Below, one piece after another: positions 25,853 to 32,000 of a stretch of 32,000 bases of DNA (positions are counted from its first letter, which is position 1; the number at the start of each line of letters is the position of its first letter). Source of the stretch: an archaeon. GTDB lineage: Archaea > Iainarchaeota > Iainarchaeia > Iainarchaeales > CSSED10-239. The notes below the pieces were generated by a model. It was not told the origin of the DNA. It did not search any database and saw nothing but the letters and a program-made list of their open reading frames with translations. The stretch spans positions 110,602 to 142,601 of the forward strand of contig JBBABY010000002.1 in the NCBI GenBank assembly GCA_041657425.1, written 5' to 3'. The position numbers and the translations under genes were made by a program.

Positions 25853-27205
25853 TTATTTTTTCTTATTCGCACTTATTTCTTTTGTAATGTCTTTTGTAGA
25901 ATTGCCTAAGTTTTCAGATATTATCTTTGATTTTCTCTGTGATTCTGAAATATTTAAATAACGGCCTAATACTTTATCTACTTCTTTAAAACCATAAGCC
26001 TCTTCAAGCTCACTGAACATATAACATTTTAATGTGTATCTTGGTCCTAATTCATCTACTATTTCTTTAAGACTATATTCTTTTAAATACCCTAAATTAC
26101 CAACAACCGTGTCCCTATAGCCAGCACCTCCTACGCGTATTATTATATCCTGTGTTTTTAAAATTCCTCCGTGTGCTCTTGTAAACTCTCTAAGACCTAC
26201 TACCTTAAATATATATGGGCGGCCTCCACTCAACGAATTATGCTCGGATTCATACATTTTTTCCAATTTTTCCCAACCGCCAAACGCTTGTGCAATTTTA
26301 TCAAGACCAAATTTGCGGGTTGTTGCTTTAAGACCCCAATAATCTAGAGTATTTTTTACACCAAAAGCGTCTGCAAATTCTGTAATAATATATGGGCAAT
26401 CTTTCATTTCATAATCCCGAGGCGCTTCCGAAATTACATAGCTATACTTTAAAAAAGCATCTAGTATACGATCGTTTTTAAATAATTGTGCAGCAGCTTT
26501 AAGGCCACCTGCAGCTTCTATAGTTGGTTCTAATCCTATTTCTGCTACAAACTGACGAAAATTCGCAACTTTTGCTAGTTCTTTAATATTATACATTTTC
26601 ATAACTGGACTCACACCGGCTCCGTGAACTACCCAATCTAAACCAAATACATCTAACATATCTTTAATGCCATATTCTTTAATCATATATTTAATTAAAT
26701 CTTTTTCCGTATATCTTTCAGAACCACCAATTTTTTCACCATAATAATCTATTATACTTTCTAATTCACGATCATGGAATTTATCTCTTCCTGATTTTTT
26801 TTCATCAATTTTAAATAGTTTTACAGTTTCTTTTAAACCAAAAATATCCATAATAACATAAATTGGAATCCCTTTTGCTTTTAATTGTCTTGCATCAATT
26901 CCTTTTGAAAGCAAGAATTGGGCAGGATTTTTTAATTTTCTAGAATCTGAAAGTAAATGTTTTATTTTTAAAATAGATAATTTTTCAGAATATCGTTTTT
27001 TAGACTCTTCAATTAACGAGATAATTTTTTCTTGATCATATGTTTTTAATTCTTCTTTTATCTGTCGATTAGTTTTTTGTTTTGCAGTTCCTTTTGATTT
27101 TTCTAATGAAACAACGCCATTAGGCTTTTGTTTGCCTACAAAATTAGAATTAATCAATCTCCCTGTTTTTGTTTGTATCATTTTTGATTTTGGCGCCAAT
27201 GGCAT
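25853..27205 (-). CDS. hypothetical protein with basic N-terminus and recurrent [FY]G-x-K-x-x-[LV]-x-x-[FW]G-like motifs
   Basis: 450-aa ORF with GGAGAGG upstream of the ATG. The motif recurs as IFGLKETVKLF, EYGIKDMLDVFGL, AFGVKNTLDYWGLK, KFGLDKIAQAFGG and AYGFKEVDKVLG. Confidence 0.6.
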   Translation of the reverse strand: MPLAPKSKMIQTKTGRLINSNFVGKQKPNGVVSLEKSKGTAKQKTNRQIKEELKTYDQEKIISLIEESKKRYSEKLSILKIKHLLSDSRKLKNPAQFLLSKGIDARQLKAKGIPIYVIMDIFGLKETVKLFKIDEKKSGRDKFHDRELESIIDYYGEKIGGSERYTEKDLIKYMIKEYGIKDMLDVFGLDWVVHGAGVSPVMKMYNIKELAKVANFRQFVAEIGLEPTIEAAGGLKAAAQLFKNDRILDAFLKYSYVISEAPRDYEMKDCPYIITEFADAFGVKNTLDYWGLKATTRKFGLDKIAQAFGGWEKLEKMYESEHNSLSGGRPYIFKVVGLREFTRAHGGILKTQDIIIRVGGAGYRDTVVGNLGYLKEYSLKEIVDELGPRYTLKCYMFSELEEAYGFKEVDKVLGRYLNISESQRKSKIISENLGNSTKDITKEISANKKK

Positions 27206-27316
27206 TCTAAATCCTCTCCATTTAATGTATTAAATTTATAAAAATACATAAGTACATAACATTTAAATGTATTTGGATTATGAGGTGTTGAGATAAAACA
27301 GTCTATAGATTAAAAA

Positions 27317-27416
27317 CCAGGAGTTTGAACTAACAGTTAAAACCATTGCGCGCTAGCCGAGCGAAACCGGCTAAGCTCCAGACGCGCTCTTACCCAAAAG
27401 TTAAAAGCGCACGATT
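27317..27416. repeat. junction element B: left arm (T-loop-like CCAGGAGTTTGAAC, GCGCGC, hairpin TAGCCG-N8-CGGCTA) + core + right arm
   Basis: 27347..27384 is identical over 38 nt to 31933..31970. 27374..27413 is identical over 40 nt to 29555..29594. Confidence 0.85.
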
Positions 27417-27452
27417 AGTAATATTTAAATACATTTATAATCTATATAAATT

Positions 27453-28022
27453 ATGCAAATTACAATCATCCCTAAAAAAGATTTGAAATTAGCAGATGAT
27501 CTTCAACAACAAATTCTTAATCCCACCCATAAAAGAAGATATAGGACTTTCGGATGTATCCATAAAAACTATAACAAAGAACCTTCTTTATTTATTGGTG
27601 CATATGATAAAGGAAAATTAATAGGAATTGCCTTTGGTTTCATAAAAAAATCAAAAATATTACTGGGAGAAATGGCAATTTTAGAAAATTACAGAAATAA
27701 AGGTATTGGGCAGAAACTTCTATCTTTTTTTGAAAAACAAGCAAAAAAGTTAAATAAAAAGTATATAGAATTAGGTGCTTGGGGTTCTGCTGAAAAATTC
27801 TATTTAAAAAATAACTATAAACCCTTGATTTTCGTACAAATATATCATCAAGATGTTCCAAAGAACTATAAACAATTAGAATTTGAGATTATTAAAGAAA
27901 CTAACTATGCAGATTCAAAAAGACTTTGGATAAAAAAAAAATATAATCCTAAATTAAAAGAAATATTAAAGAAGAAATTTAATGCATATAATGTTATTTA
28001 TTTATTTAGAAAAGAATTCTGA
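27453..28022 (+). CDS. GNAT-family N-acetyltransferase
   Basis: MAILENYRNKGIGQKLLSFFEKQAKKLNKKYIELGA matches the acetyl-CoA binding motif A. Confidence 0.75.
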   Translation: MQITIIPKKDLKLADDLQQQILNPTHKRRYRTFGCIHKNYNKEPSLFIGAYDKGKLIGIAFGFIKKSKILLGEMAILENYRNKGIGQKLLSFFEKQAKKLNKKYIELGAWGSAEKFYLKNNYKPLIFVQIYHQDVPKNYKQLEFEIIKETNYADSKRLWIKKKYNPKLKEILKKKFNAYNVIYLFRKEF

Positions 28023-28235
28023 AGCAGAAATTATTTTTAATAAATCTCTTCTAATATCATCAGCAATTAAATAATTTTTAGATTTCTTATTTATTTTCAA
28101 GTTATTTTTTATAGCAATTATTGCAGAATATATTTGTTTACTATTTTTGTGATCATATTCTAAAATTATATTTTTATGTGTAATAATAAAATATATTTTT
28201 TTAATATCTTTTCGATATAATATTTTTACAGCCAT
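28002..28235 (-). CDS. small protein downstream of the radical SAM gene (possible PqqD/RRE-like partner, unproven)
   Basis: 77 aa from the ATG at 28235, which lies 2 nt after the radical SAM stop with GGTGA upstream. The ORF-track start at 28253 is a TTG. Its size and position fit a RiPP recognition partner, but I cannot see a diagnostic motif. Confidence 0.5.
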   Translation of the reverse strand: MAVKILYRKDIKKIYFIITHKNIILEYDHKNSKQIYSAIIAIKNNLKINKKSKNYLIADDIRRDLLKIISASEFFSK

Positions 28236-28237
28236 TC

Positions 28238-29272
28238 TTATTTCACCAAACAAAAATCAATATCTTCATATATTGATTTATCTAAAAGGTCTAATTGAAC
28301 TGGACATCTTGCACACTTATCTCTTAATTTACAATTAGGACAACCAATTATTTGTTGTTTTCTCCAATTTTTAAATTCTTTAGAATTCCATACTTTGATT
28401 ATGTTTTTTGGAAATTTAAGTTTTACTCCAAAATCATTTTTAAATTTAGTATATTCAATCAACGGACAAGGATAAGCTATCTTTTCAGGAGAAATGTGAT
28501 AATAATGAATTCCTGCACCGCATTCAAATACAAATTTTTTACCATCTATTAATTTAAAATCAGATATATCTAATTCTATGTCATATAAAACACATTGTTT
28601 CTTCAATTTATTTAAAAACGATTTATTCGCAAATAATTTATATATTTTATTAGTATCTATATCTAATTTGTTGGTTTCGCCCCTTCCTTTTTTCAATAAG
28701 GGGCCAATTACCCATTTTTTCACACCTAAATTAGATAAAAATTTAGGAAATCCCAATAATTGGTTATAATTCTTAGAGTGAACTAATGTACCTACCGTAA
28801 CAAATATACCTTCATCTGTAAATCGTTTTATTGTTCCTATAGTTTTTTTAAATACAAACTTATTCCTATTAATAGGATCTCTAATATATGTGTGCGAATT
28901 TGAAGTAATTCCATCTAAAGAAATCTTAATTGACAGAACCATATTAGACTGTTTTATCTTTTCAAACAAACTATCTGAAAAAATTCCATTAGTTGTTAAG
29001 CAGTATGGTAATTTTATCTTATCTAAATAATTTATTAAATTAATAAAATCAGAATATCTTGTGGGTTCTCCACCAGATAAATTAACATATAACACTTCAT
29101 CTTTTATAAGGTATAACATCTTTTTAAGAAAGTTAAATGGGATATCTGTTTTTTTAAATCCAAAACTGCCATAGCAATGAGAACAACGCAAATTACAATC
29201 TGTAGTTATAGATATATGGATATGAAGAGGATTGTCTTTAGGTAACTTTGCTTTAATTATTTCAGAATCCAT
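28238..29272 (-). CDS. radical SAM enzyme with C-terminal SPASM-type auxiliary cluster domain (peptide maturase-like)
   Basis: The CxxxCxxC motif lies in ITTDCNLRCSHCYG. The GGEP motif lies in NLSGGEPT. The C-terminal Cys set is FECGAG...YPC...GCPNCKLRDKCARCP...DFC. Confidence 0.85.
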   Translation of the reverse strand: MDSEIIKAKLPKDNPLHIHISITTDCNLRCSHCYGSFGFKKTDIPFNFLKKMLYLIKDEVLYVNLSGGEPTRYSDFINLINYLDKIKLPYCLTTNGIFSDSLFEKIKQSNMVLSIKISLDGITSNSHTYIRDPINRNKFVFKKTIGTIKRFTDEGIFVTVGTLVHSKNYNQLLGFPKFLSNLGVKKWVIGPLLKKGRGETNKLDIDTNKIYKLFANKSFLNKLKKQCVLYDIELDISDFKLIDGKKFVFECGAGIHYYHISPEKIAYPCPLIEYTKFKNDFGVKLKFPKNIIKVWNSKEFKNWRKQQIIGCPNCKLRDKCARCPVQLDLLDKSIYEDIDFCLVK

Positions 29273-29274
29273 AA

Positions 29275-29400
29275 TTAATATTGATTATGGCCGCATTCAT
29301 CTGAATCAAATTTAGAAAGCACCTTAAATTTAATCTCTTTTCCTTTTACTTTTATTTTTTTTGATTCTGTATTAACTGCAATTGCTGCTGTTGATATCAT
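29275..29400 (-). CDS. 41-aa candidate RiPP precursor peptide MISTAAIAVNTESKKIKVKGKEIKFKVLSKFDSDECGHNQY
   Basis: Not in the ORF track because it is under 60 aa. I translated it by hand. Its TAA stop lies 2 nt before the radical SAM ATG. TTTATAAATATTTTT (TATA-like) lies about 35-50 nt upstream. It has a Lys-rich leader and an acidic Cys/Tyr C-terminus. Confidence 0.6.
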   Translation of the reverse strand: MISTAAIAVNTESKKIKVKGKEIKFKVLSKFDSDECGHNQY

Positions 29401-29491
29401 AAAATTACCAAATTACTTTAAGATTAAAAATATTTATAAATAGTAACTATTTTACAAATTTTTGGAATTTACAAAAAAATTAAAAAAATAA

Positions 29492-29597
29492 GTGCCTGGA
29501 GCTTTGAACCGATATTTAATCAGTAAATATCTATAGTTACACGAAAAGAAATCAAGCTCCAGACGCGCTCTTACCCAAAAGTTAAAAGCGCACGGTT
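29492..29597. repeat. junction element C: left arm (GTGCCTGGAGCTTTGAAC...TTAATCAG...) + core + right arm, lacks the GCGCGC-hairpin module
   Basis: The core is at 29554..29565. The right arm is identical to B. By eye the left arm is largely identical to that of D over roughly 55 nt, with scattered substitutions. Confidence 0.85.
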
Positions 29598-29621
29598 TTT
29601 AAAAAACAATACACAATTAAC

Positions 29622-31760
29622 CTATCTTTCTATTGTATATTTATATCTACAATTTAGATTTGTTTCAGATATAAAATCTAACAAATCAGGATTAGAATCG
29701 TCACAATCTTTTCTTGCATTACAGAAAGCTGGGCAAGTACTTGGTTTCTCTTCAGAGGTTCCCCAGTTACAATAGCCATCGCCATCTTTATCTTCACAAT
29801 TAATGGCGTTATTAAAACCTGCTGGCCAATATGATTGATCCGTTGGTGGTGTTATCGATCCTTCAAAACTAGCAATACTAATAAATTCATCTGGAGCAAC
29901 ATCGATGTATGCGTACCCATTTTCCCCCCAATCAGTTCCCCAACTGTTTTTAAATATCCAGATAGTATTATTAGATGGATCATATTCTACAATATTATCT
30001 AAAGATTTATCACAAGTAATAAAACCAGGAAATAACGAACCATTAATACACTCTCCATTAATTGAAATATTATTTTGTAAGCAAGACGAATTATTAATTT
30101 CCACCCATTTTAAATTGTAAGGATCATTAATAAATATTCTTTCGCATTTAAGCGTTTTAATGCCGCTAATTGTTTCAGCAAAAATTATATTGGTATTATT
30201 AGTACTATTATTTATTATATTTACGTTGTATGATACATAAATTAAATTGTTTTCATCAGACATTTCACAATTTCCCCACTCAAAAGATGAATTAATACAT
30301 ATTTGATTATACCCTGAATTTTCTATAATTTGCCAATTTTGTTTGATATATCCAACTAATACCATTGCGTGATTCATAGGAGATATTTCTGAAAATAATG
30401 GCCCAAATTTTATTATTTTTTCTTTAATTTTTTCCTCATTTAAAGGAAATAGGCCTATAAGATCAGCATTATAATGACGCACATAACTATTTATTTCAGA
30501 ATTAAGCCAAACCCTGTCATTCCAATTACCACAAATATTATCGTATGAACAGTTTGCTGGATTAATTGAATCTCTTTCAACATATAAATCACAAGATTCA
30601 TCTGCCACGCCTTCATTGATTATTTTACAACTATGGGCGTGCCTTAGATTACAATCATCAAAACTGTAATTAGAATCTGGATAAGGATATATCCAACAAT
30701 CTGCAATCATTTGTTCAGATAAATCTAAACCTAAATACTGATTATAATATAAATTAACTTGCGATTCTAAGGTGCCAATTGCAGTAAAAAGCATACAAAG
30801 CCCCGCAAAAAATCCTTGATCCTTAACAGGCGTCATCCAGTTTTCTCCATGTCTATTTCTCCAGTCCCAAGAGTCTGGAAGTATGTAATTTGGCTCTGCT
30901 TCAGGGGGATTTACTGGCGGTTGTATTGCCGTATTATCTACATTTTTTGGACTATTATTTATTGTGTCTTCTAAAGTAAATATTCTGCCCTTATAATTTA
31001 AAAATCCTTGAAGGTTTGGTAGATATTCTGGTATTGTTCCGTCTTCGCTTCTAAATAATTTCTTTTTTTCTTCATAAGATAATTTAGAAACAGAAGTTTC
31101 TCCTGCAGTCCAACTACTTTGAGCAGAATTATAGTTTTTTATTTTTGCTTGATTTTGTGATTTTAGTGTTTGTTGTTTATAACTTTTTAGGTCTTTTACT
31201 TCTGTAAATGATTTGCTTTCTGAAAGAGTATTGATATTTGAAATTGTTAATGTAGCATCTTCTGTTTGGATTTTAATAAACTTAGGTGTTATTGGTTCTT
31301 CAAAAACACAAGTTTCTTCACAGATATCCTCAAAATCTATATTTTTACTATTGTTTGCTAAAAGATTATCCATTTCATAAACTAAATATTCTTTATTTTC
31401 AGAGTCTACAAGAATTATTCTTATAAGTCCTGCTTTTGATATTAAAGTCGCGTTACCAGTTACTGATAAAGCAATAATTGGGTTATCTAATTTTAATTCA
31501 AACTTTATATTTTCTTTAAAGGTTTGTGAAATTGAAGTGTTGTCTAATGGTTCTTTTGTTGGAATATTAAATTCAGTTAATTTTTGAGAACTTAATAAAT
31601 TATTTTCATTGGCTGGTTGTTCTAATTTTCCTTCTGAATTCATTATTCTTTTTGCATCACCAGTATTGCTTTTTATTAAAAAAACAGATAGTAAAATTGC
31701 AATTAGAAATATAAAAATTATTAAAATTATAAAATAGAGCTTTTTATTTTTTTTTGACAT
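29622..31760 (-). CDS. membrane-anchored papain-like (C1A) cysteine peptidase with large insertions and a Cys/Asp-rich C-terminal module
   Basis: The catalytic blocks are VKDQGFFAGLCMLF (Gln/Cys), NHAMVLVGY (His) and IFKNSWGTDWGENGYAYI (Asn). The N-terminal signal anchor is LYFIILIIFIFLIAILLSVFLI. The C-terminus is CEDKDGDGYCNW...CDDSNPDL. The first ATG is at 31760, and the ORF-track start at 31769 is a GTG. Confidence 0.85.
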   Translation of the reverse strand: MSKKNKKLYFIILIIFIFLIAILLSVFLIKSNTGDAKRIMNSEGKLEQPANENNLLSSQKLTEFNIPTKEPLDNTSISQTFKENIKFELKLDNPIIALSVTGNATLISKAGLIRIILVDSENKEYLVYEMDNLLANNSKNIDFEDICEETCVFEEPITPKFIKIQTEDATLTISNINTLSESKSFTEVKDLKSYKQQTLKSQNQAKIKNYNSAQSSWTAGETSVSKLSYEEKKKLFRSEDGTIPEYLPNLQGFLNYKGRIFTLEDTINNSPKNVDNTAIQPPVNPPEAEPNYILPDSWDWRNRHGENWMTPVKDQGFFAGLCMLFTAIGTLESQVNLYYNQYLGLDLSEQMIADCWIYPYPDSNYSFDDCNLRHAHSCKIINEGVADESCDLYVERDSINPANCSYDNICGNWNDRVWLNSEINSYVRHYNADLIGLFPLNEEKIKEKIIKFGPLFSEISPMNHAMVLVGYIKQNWQIIENSGYNQICINSSFEWGNCEMSDENNLIYVSYNVNIINNSTNNTNIIFAETISGIKTLKCERIFINDPYNLKWVEINNSSCLQNNISINGECINGSLFPGFITCDKSLDNIVEYDPSNNTIWIFKNSWGTDWGENGYAYIDVAPDEFISIASFEGSITPPTDQSYWPAGFNNAINCEDKDGDGYCNWGTSEEKPSTCPAFCNARKDCDDSNPDLLDFISETNLNCRYKYTIER

Positions 31761-31872
31761 AAATATCACAATCTATTTATGGTTTGAAACAATTTAAATA
31801 GCTTGCCAATTTTATTTATGTCAGGAACGGCAATAAAATAAAAGCAAAAGAAATTAAAAGTAATAAGAACAA

Positions 31873-31959
31873 GCACCTGGAGATTTGAACTGCTTTTTAA
31901 TCAGTATTTATCAGTAGTTACAATTAGAATTCTGCGCGCTAGCCGAGCGAAACCGGCTA
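31873..31959. repeat. junction element D left arm (GCACCTGGAGATTTGAAC...GCGCGC, hairpin TAGCCG-N8-CGGCTA) abutting the intact tRNA-Thr 3' end
   Basis: Homologous to the left arms of C (distal part) and B (proximal 26 nt identical). Confidence 0.8.
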
Positions 31960-32000
31960 AGCTCCAGACGAGATTTGAACTCGTGACCTCGTCCTTACCA
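31960..32000 (-). tRNA. tRNA-Thr (anticodon GGU), 3' portion only; the gene continues beyond the window
   Basis: The minus strand reads ..TGGTAA GGACG AGGTC ACGAG TTCAAAT CTCGT CTGGAGC T. These are, in order: anticodon loop with GGT, anticodon stem 3' strand, 5-nt variable loop, 5-bp T stem with a canonical 7-nt T loop, acceptor 3' strand and discriminator U. No CCA is encoded. Confidence 0.75.

Larger units (their letters stand above)
25710..31970. mobile_element. tRNA-Thr-anchored island made of three tandem 1.6-2.4 kb cassettes delimited by core-containing junction repeats; no recombinase gene visible
   Basis: Four same-orientation copies of AAGCTCCAGACG start at 25710, 27373, 29554 and 31959. 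The arm pattern is flank-core-P', P-core-P', P-core-P', P-core-tRNA. Confidence 0.6.

Noticed and set aside
27354-27373. Hairpin TAGCCG-N8-CGGCTA as an anticodon stem-loop
   Set aside because: The loop is 8 nt rather than 7. It lacks U33 in either orientation and has no flanking D or T arms.
25710-29597. Junction elements A-C as complete, split or permuted tRNA genes
   Set aside because: Only the 12-nt 3' terminus matches the tRNA. There is no T arm, no anticodon arm and no 5' acceptor strand in the right place. The downstream CTCCAG/GCTCCAG pieces are not followed by a D arm. The CTGGAG/CTCCAG pairing is not preserved in B (CTCCTGG).
262-30120. Numerous 60-119-aa ORFs antisense to long genes
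   Set aside because: Examples are 262..444, 1803..1988, 3330..3689, 6387..6692, 7761..8036, 13838..14086, 15745..16014, 19592..19810, 21610..21834, 27640..27861, 28352..28552 and 29905..30120. All are nested inside longer, motif-supported CDSs on the opposite strand. They show skewed Leu/Ile/Phe/Ser composition, as expected from reading AT-rich genes backwards.
29622-31760. Papain-like protease as the dedicated leader peptidase of the neighbouring RiPP operon
   Set aside because: It lies in a different cassette, separated by junction element C. It has a signal anchor and an apparently extracytoplasmic catalytic domain. I know of no RiPP system that uses a C1A peptidase for leader removal; the dedicated leader peptidases I recall are C39-type or serine/metallo-type. 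The idea is kept only as a low-probability note.
25710-31970. CRISPR array or classical integron attC sites as explanation for the four GC-rich repeats
   Set aside because: Spacing is 1.6-2.4 kb and the intervals hold full genes, so this is not a CRISPR array. I could not find the RYYYAAC / GTTRRRY inverse-core and core pair or the imperfect-palindrome architecture of attC. The shared core is a tRNA terminus instead.

Overview
The window is strongly AT-rich and densely coded. It looks like a small-genome archaeon (DPANN-like): TATA-like promoters sit about 25-35 nt before start codons, there are TrmB and tandem Lrp/AsnC regulators, the binding proteins are membrane-anchored, and the tRNA has no encoded CCA. 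The domain assignment cannot be proven from this window.

Left part (1-4 kb): housekeeping genes, namely a HemK-like methyltransferase, serS, a SlyD-type FKBP isomerase with a Cys/His/Asp/Glu tail, and a small PLDc_N membrane protein.

Middle (5.3-20.6 kb): one branched-chain-amino-acid-type ABC transporter. livH and livM lie at one end and livG and livF 7 kb away. Five paralogous LivK-like binding-protein genes are each paired divergently with their own regulator (four TrmB, one double Lrp/AsnC).

20.6-25.7 kb: mixed small genes (GNAT, NIF3, cytidylyltransferase, NUDIX, DUF1295) plus several unknowns.

Two regions look like integrase-less insertion cassettes that duplicate the 3' end of their target gene:
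- A 1.3 kb single-gene cassette carries a RelA/SpoT-domain protein. It is flanked by a perfect 32-bp direct repeat that is the 3' end of livM.
- The right 6.3 kb holds three 1.6-2.4 kb cassettes. They are separated by a composite GC-rich repeat that contains the last 12 nt of the tRNA-Thr(GGU) gene at the window edge.

The tRNA-linked cassettes carry an unknown 450-aa repeat protein, a minimal radical-SAM/SPASM RiPP-like operon with an unannotated 41-aa precursor ending in ...DECGHNQY, and a 712-aa membrane-anchored papain-like protease.

Several ORF-track starts are non-ATG extensions. I trimmed them to the first ATG, in the three binding-protein genes one preceded by a GGAGG-type Shine-Dalgarno sequence. 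No rRNA, CRISPR array, transposase or integrase is visible.
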